This document shows positions 11,055 through 22,949 of a stretch of 64,000 nucleotides of DNA, piece by piece. The stretch is from Phoronis australis (taxonomy: Eukaryota > Animalia > Phoronida): positions 187,759-251,758 of the forward strand of contig NMRA01000224.1 in the NCBI GenBank assembly GCA_002633005.1, given 5' to 3'. Below the pieces are notes generated by a model. The model was not told where the DNA came from. It did no database searches and was given only the letters and a program-made list of their open reading frames with translations. The translations under genes and the position numbers were made by a program. Every line of letters starts with the position of its first letter. The first letter of the stretch is position 1.

Positions 11055-12667
11055 ACTAATACCAGGGTGTTATCTTAATGCTAGGAGATGAATTTAGATG
11101 ATCTCAACGGAAACACAAACATTGGTTAATATACAGGAATTGTCAAACCACACCCAAAATAACAACAAAGGAAGCAGTTGAACAAAAAATACTTTCTTTA
11201 TCAGTGGTTAGCGCCAAGACTGGGTAGACTAATATCAGTAGCGTATTAGATGAAATGAGTGTTTCACAGTATCATGTAACAAATAAATAATTCAAAAACT
11301 GGTAATTCTAAAATAAAATACGGGGGTTTAATAAGACGGCACCGATTTGAAATTGTGCTATCTCCGATATTATACATTCTGAAGGAGTATACGACAACGT
11401 TCGATTACATAACTGATAGTAAGGCTTGACAACTCATGTAACAAACGTTTTGTATCGGTCCTTTCCAGAGTTTACCGCCATTGGCTTTTATCCGTATGGT
11501 TCTCCCATTAAGGAGACTTTGTAATAAATGTGCTCCATTTCCATTGAGAGACATGCTATCTTCCAGTAAAATACGTGTTTTGTAGGAACCTTGCGTCACT
11601 CGTTATATTTTAAGAAACGAAGTCACACAAAACTTTAGTAGCATTCACAGGTCACAGAACAAATTAAAACAAAATATCTCTTATAATAAGCAACACACTC
11701 TCCAAAGTAGTTGTGAGCCAGTTAGTTACTCAACTAAGAGTGAATAACAAACGGAGAAACAACACACGTTACTGTGAAAATTCCAACATCGTGAACGATA
11801 AAAATTTTCATTTGTAAAAATTGGGTCAGTCCTTGCTTTTGAAACAAATGGAAAATTGCGAAATTAAGTTGAAAGTAATTTATATTGTGAAAGCAAGTTA
11901 ATAGGGAAAGCTTCAATTCTTTTGAATAAAAAATTTCGCCAGTATCAATTCCAGAATTTTAAAAGCGTGTGGAATAGACATGGATGGAAGCGCCAAGACC
12001 AGAATGCACTTCCAGATAAAAACGAAATTATTTCATAGGCAAATTTATGAGAACCATTTTACAGCAAGTTGACCTGCCACTGCATGTTTATGAACTGCCG
12101 ACAAGACAATATAGGTATTTGAATGGCACGAGAAAAAGAAATCCAAATATTATTAAGTAACGTCAGTAAGAAAGCGTAACTCACTCATAAACCAAACAAG
12201 ATAGGGCAGATAAAATTAAATCAATTATCAAACCAACATTCACAGGATGTTTTTTAAAATCTTTGCTATGTCAATAATACCTTTTGTAACTTTTTTAACA
12301 TGGAAAGTTTGAGTTTCAAAATGTTTGTGGCTAGACGCCCTCGCCAACTCGATTTATTCTAATTTGAAGTTTGAAATTTTGACTTGATCTAATTACAGTG
12401 GTACAAGACATTTTCATTTGCGTCATCAGTTCCAATTTCCTGTCGATTTGTAAAGGTGTTGTGCAGTTTTAACTAACTGTGAGAGTAAATTAAGAATGAA
12501 TACCTCTGAAGGGAAATCGTGTAAACTTTACAATTTGATGGCTTTGTAATTTAGTCATCCAACCGCACACCTCACCGAACACATGAATGTGTAGGGATGA
12601 ATACTCACACGCATACTAACACAAACGAGCACACAAATGCACACAAGCAAGAAGACGCGTGACCTAC

Positions 12668-12719
12668 CGATACGATTCTTGACTTTAGGGCCAGTGTTGT
12701 CGCCTGGCTCTGGTTTAGG
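12668..12719 (-). CDS. DAG1: Dystroglycan exon 5 (PKPEPGDNTGPKVKNRI plus 1 nt), last shared exon
   Basis: Not in the ORF track. Strong acceptor tttcccttttctttgttcttctag|CCT and donor G|GTAGGT, 52 nt, phase 0-1. N-x-x-P-x-V-K-N-x-I matches the start of the second cadherin-like domain (vertebrate NQRPELKNHI). Confidence 0.87.
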
Positions 12720-12993
12720 CTAGAAGAACAAAGAAAAGGGAAACTGAGGTCCAGAAAGAACTCTTTTCATCGTGACGAATACCGTATCCATCTTGGTGTG
12801 AACCCGGGGGGGGGGGGCAGAAAGAAGAATGGGTTGATGCATAGGTAGGTTTGTGTTTAATATTCTTGAATGCCGAGACACAAGGCATAGTATACAATGA
12901 CCTAGAATGACAATGAGAACTGTGCTTAGTCCAACACAATCTTGACATTAACGCATACAGTAGGAACCTGTTTCCTGTGGCAACCTGACACTC

Positions 12994-13229
12994 GCCTGCC
13001 CAGAACTAGCCTGCCTAGAACTAGCCTGCCCAGAACTAGCCTGCCCAGAACTAGCCTGCCCAGTGCTAGCCTGCCCAGGGCTAGCCTGCCCTGTGCTAGC
13101 CTGCCCAGTGCTAGCCTGCCCAGTGCTAGCCTGCCCAGTGCTAGCCTGCCCAGTGCTAGGCTGCTCTACCGTAGACTGCCCAGAGCTAGGCTGCTCCGTG
13201 CTAGCCTGCCCAGAGCTAGCCTGCCCAGC
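12994..13229. repeat. 15-bp minisatellite, about 15.5 copies, in the intron between exons 4 and 5
   Basis: Units of ctagcctgcccagtg. The minus strand reads (ASTGQ)n in one open frame. Confidence 0.92.
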
Positions 13230-13544
13230 ACAGGGCACGGGCAAGAGAAGGCACTCAAATGCAAGAGGGGTGGAGTTTCACCTTAACAGGTGAGCTTACA
13301 TGCGAAGAAAATAAAAAGTTCAGGGAAGGATAATTCTTGGTCAGATACGTCAGATTGTGTTTCATTGAAGCTCAGTGTCCAGTCAGTTGATCCAAAATAG
13401 AGGTGACATATTATGTCTGAAATACTGTATTATAGAAATTGTACATTATTCATAATTCATATAACCCATCGTTCGTTTCTGAAATTATCATGATAGATCT
13501 GATTGCCATACATGAACAGTTCAAAGAACTCTACACTATCATAC

Positions 13545-13745
13545 CGTAGTGGCTCTGGTGGGTTTGGTTGGTCGAGTGGGTCGTGTGGGTCGTGTGGGCA
13601 TCTTGGGCGTTCTCCGTGTGGTGGGTTCAGGTTCCGGCGTCATACGGGGGGTGGTGGGCATCACTTTGGGTGTTGGCTTCACCGTGACAACGACATCGGC
13701 TGTTCTCATGGGAGTCGGCTGTGCTGTTGGCATGACAACTGGAGC
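13545..13745 (-). CDS. DAG1: Dystroglycan mucin-region exon 4 (Pro/Thr/Arg-rich, 67 codons)
   Basis: Acceptor gttaattccag|GCT and donor ACG|GTATGA, 201 nt, phase 0-0. Translation APVVMPTAQPTP...TRPTRPTRPTKPTRATT is mucin-like. Confidence 0.85.
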
Positions 13746-14144
13746 CTGGAATTAACACAAAGTTTAAAACGTGAATGAGACTATTAATAATGTTTCATAA
13801 TGAGTAGTATTCAAATGGTACGTCAAAAGCCAAGAGCTTCAGTATCCCACTGAACTTATAAACAGTGGAATGTTTGCTTTGGATTGTTCCTCACTGCATG
13901 AACAACAGAGGGTGCTGGAGAGCTAGACACACCACACTGAGACTTCGCTAAGAATGTCATTGGGCGACTGGCTCATCACAGTGAAAATCTCATCTAGAAC
14001 TAACTCAGTTCACAGAGTCAAGTCACAGATACATTCATTTAACTTCATTTCATCGGCAGTGTAATTCACTAATGCCGCAAGTATAAACTGAATATATTAA
14101 AAAGCTATTAAACGTAATCAGACACTAAAGGTGTATATACATAT

Positions 14145-14146
<2 letters not shown>

Positions 14147-14183
<37 letters not shown>
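14147..14183. repeat. (TA)n(TG)n microsatellite
   Basis: Seen directly, about 30 nt downstream of the exon 3 donor. Confidence 0.9.
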
Positions 14184-14213
14184 ATTTAACAAACCCAATC
14201 TGAGACTGCTTAC

Positions 14214-14282
14214 CTTAGATGACATTTCAGGGGCGACTGTCGTCATTACTTGAACTCTTGTAGGCCGGATGGGCCCAATTGC
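14214..14282 (-). CDS. DAG1: Dystroglycan mucin-region exon 3 (AIGPIRPTRVQVMTTVAPEMSSK)
   Basis: Acceptor ttccttaccgcag|GCA and donor AAG|GTAAGC, 69 nt, phase 0-0. IGPIRPTRV resembles LGPIQPTRV in the vertebrate mucin domain. Confidence 0.82.
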
Positions 14283-15541
14283 CTGCGGTAAGGAAATATA
14301 TATTAATTGTAGATAGTCCTTCAACACAGAAAATAGCACTAGAGGGCACTGGTCCTACTTCAAAACAGACTAGCAAAGGTCACGTTAACGATTATTATCA
14401 TACCAACCAATCACTAAATCAAGTAAACACAGGGAGTGTTCCGTAAGGCTATTTTCTTGCAAGTTAAGTTTGCAAAACTTTAGGAAACAGGATCCTGTTG
14501 TAAGGCTTAGGTTTCGCAATTATACTTGTGACCTCAAGATAACAACTGAAATGAATGGTTAGCAAAGCTGGAACACTTGGAATTGTGGAGAAAAGTAATG
14601 TACTATAATTTCTGTTGTAAAAGACATGATAATTTCCTGTGAGTGCCTAGCTTTATAAAATGTCCCCCATGTAGTTCACTTAATTTCCTGTTAGTTTCTC
14701 ATCAAGCTGATGGCCCTGAGTATCAATAAACCAACTGTGTTCCAGCCAATAGTGTTGCCTCTCTACACGTCCACGATGACACCAACGAAAGACTAACTTA
14801 ATCAGCAAGTCATGCGAGACCCCAAGTAACACCGGTTAGTTCGCCTAACATTGTGTTAGCGTAGCCGTGTTTAATAAACTGCACTATACGGCAAATGCAA
14901 GTCTGATTTGTACAGTTGCTTTCAAAAAGACAGTATCTCTTTACATTATATTTCACCTGTTTTCTTTCTTGGTTTTTGCAACAACTTCTATAGCGAACCA
15001 AGTTGTACAAATCCAACAACTTATGAAAACCACTTATAATCTTGCAAATGGAGAAATTGTAAAATTGTAAAATCAATTGTTAGGATAACACAAAGCAGGT
15101 GGTACATATGATGCAGTCCAGGCTGTGAGCCAGACTTTCCACAGACACAGGATCAAGTCAACTAGTCATTGAAGACATGTCTACCTTCCAACCAAGGCCT
15201 TAAATCCTTCAATGTTGGGGCAAAGTATTGGCCCCATTGCCTCTGAAAATATTGAAAAATCACGCAAAATTCCCCACATGAGGCCCAAAAACTCCCCTCA
15301 ATTGATTGAAAAATTCCCCTCGAGGCTCCAATCACTTGTAACTTACACAGGTGACAATTTGAAAGAGCACAAAATGTTAATTTTGGCTACTTGAGGCAGA
15401 CCCTATGAGGGCTCGCAGCAGAGTGGAGGGTGTTATTGATGGTGATCAGGAGGTAGAATTTTCCCCTCACCCTAAAAATTCCCCTCTCAGAAGGCACAGG
15501 CACTCCTTTCCCTCGGATGAACGAGGGCTTTGCCAACTTAC

Positions 15542-16258
15542 CGATTTTGTTCTGTCCACATCCATAGTGGGCACTACGGCTTTGGTAGGTGGCACCTGAG
15601 GCCCGATGGGCGTGGCTGTGGCCTGGATCTGACGTTTCAGCCTCCTCGTGGGTTTCACCAATTTATTGCTGGTCACGTGCCATCCCAAAATATTGTGTCC
15701 GATGGCGGCCGACATGGCGCCGTTCTGAGCCTTGGACTCCACATCTTCTAGGATCTTTAGGTGATCTTTGTGCACTGACCCGCATCCGATAGTCCAGGAT
15801 ATAAATGCTCCAGGGTGTTTTGGTTTCATAGCATCCCCTCGTCCTGCCACAATAGCCGTCTTATCAAAAAGAGGCTTATTTCCCACAGGTAACATTGTTA
15901 AGAAGTCTTCCGTCAGTTTCAGATGTTTCACCATCTTACTTATAAGGTCAACTTTGCTTGATGGTAACAGCTTATTAAGATCAGTGTCTACCACAACTGT
16001 AACCATGGTGACAGCCTCATTAGGCTGACACGTGATTGGCTGCAGCGTGTTAGCACTAGGATTGTCTTGCTGGGATTGGCGGGTTCTCTCCACCACACTA
16101 ATACTGAAGACATCTTGTGCCCGCCCCCCTGTGCCATCTGCCCTGACCTGAATGTAGTACTCCCCCAGATCCTGATGACTAGGGACACCTGAGAGTGTGT
16201 GAGTTTTCCCATCATACATCAACCAAGATGGCAACTGGTCACCATTTCCCTCCGTAAC
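15542..16258 (-). CDS. DAG1: Dystroglycan coding exon 2 (rest of Ig-like domain, S6-like domain, furin site, start of mucin region), 239 codons
   Basis: Acceptor ttttgtttcag|GTT and donor TCG|GTAAGT, 717 nt, phase 0-0. Motifs LPSWL..D, GVPSHQDLGEYYIQV, SWTIGCG, IGHNILGWHV and RRLKRQIQATATP match alpha-dystroglycan. Confidence 0.95.
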
Positions 16259-17233
16259 CTGAAACAAAAATCGCGCTATTTAGTAGAGATTCTACATTCA
16301 GCAAACTGTTGCAAGGAGTTCATCATTTAATAATAAATGACATTTCTAACATTAACCTTTATTTATTTTCTAATGTCCATTAGTCATTGGTTTTATTTTT
16401 ATTATTATACTACATGCATCACTTATCAATAATTTTACAATTGCACACGTCAAACAAAAAGATACCAAGTTCAATTACAGGAAACGTTCAGAGCAAAAAC
16501 AACAGCTGACGAAATTAAGCTTAGAAACCAGTCTGAAGCTATGACAACCACATGAATTAACTAACCAGATATGCAGACCACAGGCATTTACCTTAACCAC
16601 ACAACCACTAGAGGGCAGTGGATACCCCATGGACAGACTTGCATCTGCCAATTGGTAGGACGATGGCCAATCACTGTGAACGTTATGAAATATAATTTCT
16701 TATAAATACAATTTCTTTTTTCAACATGGAGCCAACATTACCAGATTTCAAACAAACTTTTCCCACATTTCTTGAATAAGCTATCCCAGCAGCAAGTTAC
16801 GAGATAAATTACTTGTTCTCAATTTGGCAATAGTAAAAACTGATCAACAGAGCAGGCCAGACACAAATATGGAGAATAAATCAAGACAAAGACTGTCACA
16901 GCTGTCCACTGCCCAGTAAGTATTGCACTGCCCACTACACTTGAACTGAGGCAGTCAAAGGCTGAAGTAAAGAACCTAACATAGCACAAAAAGCAAGATC
17001 AAATTTGTGGTAACTGCCTAAAGCCCACACCTAAAGAGAGTCAATTTCCAGGCTTTGTAAGTAATCATCTTGGATACAGCTAAGGTCACATTCTAATCTG
17101 ACACTATCAGAGTTGAATGACTAGAATTACACACCAGCCAGACAGATAAGTGACCTCTTGAGGGCCTGGCTTTTGTGTTGAGCTGAAGAGCAAGCACCTA
17201 ACATCCATTGTCGTCCTGACATCATCTCCGACA

Positions 17234-17341
17234 ACAGATAGTAGTCACTTCATTCTGATCACTAGTTTTTAACAAAACTAGCCCCTACAGATAGTAGTCA
17301 CTTCATTCTGATCACTAGTTTTTAACAAAACTAGCCCCTAC
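17234..17341. repeat. 53-bp perfect tandem duplication
   Basis: acagatagtagtcacttcattctgatcactagtttttaacaaaactagcccct x2. Confidence 0.92.
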
Positions 17342-18810
17342 GGAAATGGAAAGCTGTCACTAGAAATTAAATGACCTTCAGTAAACCCTTACTGCTCCAC
17401 TGTCATCACCATTTTCAACTTCAGTGATTTTACAGCAAATTAAGTGAAGTTTAGCCATTTCAAAGTCAGGAAATCCAGATTGGATTGATTAACTGATAAG
17501 GAACTAAATTGGATAAGCTTTAAAATACCCAGCTGTGAACCATAGCAATAGCAAGGACAATAGACAGCTAGGACAAATACATTGGTTGGCTTTCTCTTAG
17601 TTGCCACAACAATGCTTTGTACCAATCTCAAAGAGGAGGTTCTGCAGGCTTGTGCACAAAAGTACCAAAAATGACTGATAATCCAATAAGTCGCATTTCA
17701 CCCTCTTGAGCTAGCTAAACAAGGCAATTCAAATAAGGGCTTTTACTTTTTTAAAATCAGTCTCGTAATATTCCTTACCGTGATAGGACTGCGTTTCCAA
17801 TATACCAAAATTAAGCCTTCCAAACCATCCCTTTTTAAGTAGGTTGGCTAACCAAAAAATTGCGGATTCGAAAATGGTGGGTTTACGCATTGCCTACGAC
17901 AAGATGTGGGGATTGAGGAAACAATTTAAAAACATTATCAGCTAAACATGGGCAAAATGCAGCTTCAAGTAATCTACCACAAGGGTGAGCCACTAAACTA
18001 AGTCTCCAAAAACAGTATTAAGTTGCTAGAGTTGACCATCAGTCAGACAGCATTGCACAGTTTTTTAACTTATCCACTGCAGGGGGTGCTCTCTAGACTT
18101 TTTTTGACTAATTGATAGTGTAGAGTGCTAAAGGCAGCCAGACTTGTCTAAATGAACATCAGACATTGGGAAGTGGATAAGGTGGGGTGATATTTATGTG
18201 TGACAATTTGGCAGAAACATAAGTACATTGGCAATGTAGCTGGAGTTCCAAAAAAACGTTTAACTGCCCAATATCACATGCAAGTTGCAAATTTTGAAAA
18301 TAATAGCCAGCGTGACACGTATCCTTCTAAAAAAGGAATGACAAAGTGCCAGTCATACGAACAAACAAAAAATGCCCACTAGCTAAAATTTAATTTATCC
18401 CAGACATTTGGGTTAACACTCAGGGCATTTAGACTGAAGAAATAAAAAATCAAGCGAGGGCGTTCAATTGAACACAACAGAACAGAGTTGCTTATGAGTG
18501 AAATTTCGTGAACTTGGGATGTCACAGAAAATGTAGCCGTTAACAAGAATGGATATGGTGTAAATTTCAAAAACTGTTGATAGATAACAAGTCTAATGGC
18601 ATGGCATCGCTTGATAAAAGTTGATCGTAAAATAATTTGCCAAACTTCCTTTCTCCACAACAATACCATGAACCCCAGTTCAAAACTGAGCACACACACG
18701 ACGTGCATGGTCGAGCCACCTAATAAACATATTCGTTTCTGTAAATGAATTCAATCAAAATTTAGAAGCAGAAGTAGTACAAGTCATGACAGAATTTCAG
18801 TTTAGATTAC

Positions 18811-19026
18811 AACATCTTGAGCAGTCGACATCTCGAGCAGTCAACATCTCGAGCAGTCCACATCTCGAGCAGTCGACATCTCGAGCAGTCGACATCTCGA
18901 GCAGTCCACATCTCGAGCAGTCCACATCTCGAGCAGTCCACATCTCGAGCAGTCCACATCTCGAGCAGTCCACATCTCGAGCAGTCCACATCTCGAGCAG
19001 TCCACATCTCGAGCAGTCGACATCTT
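18811..19026. repeat. 16-bp minisatellite, about 13 copies
   Basis: Units of acatctcgagcagtc(c/g). This explains the cluster of ORFs at 18786-19040. Confidence 0.95.
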
Positions 19027-22000
19027 GTGTAAACACCTAGAGCAGTCCTACAATTTGAGAACCAGTTTTCTCCATGGAATAACAGGCATCAAACTTGTTC
19101 TCAAACTGTGGGGACGGTATTACCATGGAGATCTACCAGAACAACAGAACATTCCTGTCCATTTTCTGGTTGGTTAAGCTGAGTTAAACACAAATCATGG
19201 GACAGACAGCTCGACTAACAGGGACCAACACACTCAACAGACGGACCACAGAAAAGCCTCACATATCAAAATAATCCTAGATCCATGGGAACTAGGCACA
19301 CTCCCTTCTGGAATGCACATCCTAATGCTAAGAAAAATAATTTCAGAAGCCAAACAAGCAATCTTGGGCCTTAAAACAACTGAGCTGTCACTGATGTCAA
19401 CAACATAATTGGAGTTGGTGTTTAGGCCAGACCACTGTCAAAAATGACGAAGAAATTCCACAAGGAACTTGTCAGCTTGATTAAGACTTGTTTTCTCTGA
19501 AAACCACTGTCTAGCTGTACTCCTGGGGTGGGCATGAGGCCTATGACCAAGATGAAAAACCAAATTTTCATCAAAACCTACAGTATGTGCTTCGTTTAAG
19601 TTTAAAGAAGTAAAAATAATCTAATAGTATGACTTACCCATAGTATTATGATAACCACTACAACCGTTATTACCAAGTACATGCACTGAGTAGTTACAAG
19701 CATATGAAGACCGATTCAGAAACATTAACACAACTTGTATTGGCATATTTGAGGAAACTTCACTTTCGAAAAAAAAATAATTGCCAAAACTGATTTATTT
19801 TATATTTTACTTTTCAAAGGCTTCTGAAATTGTTGACTGACAGAATAGAAAAATAATGAAAAACATTTATATCGTGCTACTACATCTTATATGAAAAAAA
19901 TGAAATTTCCAAAATTGGCGACGTTTTACCATATGTATTTCACAATAAAAGGCAGGAAATATGAAGTTGGAGAACTCCTCGTTCCGTAACATAAACCATC
20001 ATTCAGATAGTTAGCATCAACAGTGCCCCCTTTTAAGCATATCAAGATATTCAGTCCCAAAAAGAAAAGCACAAGGGTACTCGTCTATTTGAAATTACCA
20101 TAAAGAGTAAAAATACAGCTTAGGATGAGAATTTCATCCCTCCTAATTTTATCAGCCAACTTCACAGTGACCATTCAGCCTATTACATTTTAGGATAACA
20201 AGACTGAAACCTTTGCCAACAAACCTCTAAGGCTCGGAGCGTTTTAGAGTCAGTGACTTAATTGCAGGAATAACGGAACGAGAACAAAGAATAGTTTCTC
20301 CATTTCCATAATTCAAATCATTAGGGCAGAGAAAATGCATTTAATGGGCGATGGAATGAGATGTCGTAATTCCACAGTGAACTCTGCGCGACCTCAAGAT
20401 GAACTCTCAAGTGTTAAAACCACAGCAACACTGTGTCCACGATGATGACACCTTTATGATTTTCATTGAATAAACAAGTATTTTACGGACCAATCTGTTA
20501 CTCTGAATTCTGCTGAAGTACCAATGCAAACAGTCTGAGCTGAGCACGTCACCTCATTTAATGAACTTCACGTGTACAAAATCTTGCATTGTTGAACGCC
20601 AGAAGTGACATGTATCAGGAGAAGCAGACGACTGGCAAGTTTCCACTTTTCACACTCCACATTAAATAATACCGGAAATTCTTCAATTTATTTTAATTAA
20701 ATTACTACTTGCATGTAAATGCAACAACTTCCAGAGACCTGGAAACACATATTTTTGGGCTGTCGGTTGTGGGTACACACTATTATGAGCCAAGAGAGTT
20801 GTATTCTTACACTTGTAAAATGTTAGTCTCTTGATCAATTTTCTGCTAGGTGACACCATTCAGAAGCCCAGGAAACTATCTTTTATTACATAAAGTAACC
20901 TTTAGCGGAAACACACAGAGGAAGGAAGTGCAAAAAAATGCAAAAAAAAGGTGTTAAAAATGGGAACGCTCATGTTATACCAAAAACAAAGAGCTAAATA
21001 ATATAAAGGAGTAACTTTTTTCTTCTAGTCATGTCAGATGTTATTCAGCAAAAAAATCTTTAACAACGTTGAGATATTCAAAGTCTAACTCTGATGTTAT
21101 TAAAGAAGAAACTACCAATCGCTCAACTGCAAATGTAGGATGAGATCCCGGCATCAATTATTTCCCAATAATAAATTGCCGGCATCAGAAAAAGATCAAC
21201 TAAAGAGAGCAGGCAATAATAATAGACAGAGGAAAGTACAATAAGCCATCATTTATGAAAAAAAAACTCCACTGTAACATTAATAGAGTGCTGCACGAGG
21301 TCACTTGAGGATAGTGTGAAACAGGTCAGGAAGAAAAATGTGTGTTAATGAATGAGGTGCTCCATGATGTCCTTCCATCAATAGGAAACAGGTGAATAAA
21401 CCAGCACTGCAATGTTCGCATGTAAACTGGACGTTTATCAAAAAAGAAATTAACTGTCAATCCTTTCAACACATCACTGTAAGATTACAAACCCAAAGTC
21501 ACTGTACTTAGAAGTGAACGCATGCATGCGTGTGAAAAAAACTCGAGGCACTCGAATGCACTTGGTAGGACCTAATAACTTAAAAGAGTTCAAGATAGGA
21601 GGTCAATAGACTTCAGTCATCCAACGACGGTCTGATTGATGCCAACTAAGTGCCACGGCACAGCCTCATTATGGAGATACTGACTAGCCAACTACGCCAC
21701 CAGAATAAAAGATAGCTGGGTAGAAAGAATTGCCGGAGTGCTACTAGAGGCCTGATTGCTACTAGAGCCAATTATTCTTCCCACACATATCTCCAGTGAA
21801 GAACCAACACATACAGCACATGCCAAAAAAATCAAGATAAAATACCGCCTCCTAGTCATGACACCTAATTTTGTTAGCAGCAAAAGTGACTGGTAACAAC
21901 TACAAAGATGGCTAAGCTTTTAATTACAGAGCGGTTTAGCCACCTTACTAATTTTCCTTTTCATTCCTCTTTATTCTTGGTCATATGGCACGGTTTCTCT

Positions 22001-22596
22001 GACAATGAATTCGGGCTTCTGCCCATGGCTTCTGCCCAGCCAGTTATGACTGGAAATTTCGGTTCATTTTTGTCCGAATACTTTTGTCTTAAACTGTATA
22101 TGTGGTATGCTCCCAATATGGGTGAGCAAGTCTGCCCCTCAAATGAGGCGTGACCAACAAGTCAAGGGTGACCAAGCCAGGTTTGTTTAACAGTTAATGG
22201 CTCATCCCATCTGAGCATGCCCAGTGACAGGGTTCATCAACACTGCCATACTGGATCACTAGCGAGCACAACTCACGCACAGTATTTTCCGATTTCAATG
22301 ACTAGAACAGAAGATTCCAATACATTTACAGTCAGTTTCTCTCATTGACAATGACAATTCCAATTCCTGAGTTCATGGTAAATTAGAATCATCGCCAGCA
22401 ATTAATCGACTGATGTTTGGCGGTATTAAACACAAGTAAAGGACTAAGTTTCCATGGTATAGCAGCCATTATTCCATATTGAATCCTGTATTGAATTAAG
22501 TGACTAGTCCAAACAATTAATTAATCTTAAATGACAACCAGTTAACTTTTCACTTTTAACAGGTTAGTCAGAAGCCAACTGTCAGACGTTACTCAC

Positions 22597-22878
22597 CGTG
22601 AGTTGACGCACATCGCCTTTGAATGTGTCTGATGGGATTATGAACTTGAACACTTTACCAACAACTGCTTGTCTGTCCTTGAGAGCATTCTGCAGCACGA
22701 TCTGAGGTTTGATGGCGTCGCCCTTTGGTTGGTCAGCAGAACTAACAAGTTGTTCAATGTCACTGGTCACAGCACCAGCCGTGCACAAGCACAAACACAG
22801 TATTGCCATTAACACTAGCACAGTCTGTTTCTGCAACTCCGTCCTATTGAAGCCACACCTCTTGGTATCGGCAGCCAT
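22597..22878 (-). CDS. DAG1: Dystroglycan coding exon 1 (signal peptide and start of N-terminal Ig/cadherin-like domain), 94 codons
   Basis: ATG at 22878 with an upstream in-frame stop. Hydrophobic signal VLVLMAILCLCLCTAGA, then LKDRQAVVGKVFKFIIPSDTF resembling dystroglycan domain 1. Donor ACG|GTGAGT at 22597/22596, phase 0. Acceptor tcttgcag| places the exon start at 22949. Confidence 0.88.
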
Positions 22879-22949
22879 ATTTGATGAGTTTCTCTCTTGG
22901 TCACCAGGAATGATGGTCGGACATCAAAGTCAAAATGCCATTCACTGTT
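22879..22949 (-). promoter_or_regulatory. 5' UTR part of the first coding exon with two short uORFs
   Basis: ATG GCA TTT TGA (22941-22930) and ATG TCC GAC CAT CAT TCC TGG TGA (22924-22901) lie between the acceptor and the main ATG. Confidence 0.6.

Noticed and set aside
18786-19040. Multiple overlapping ORFs with repetitive peptides
   Set aside because: Produced by a 16-bp minisatellite. The same applies to the HT/CV ORFs at 26110-26564.
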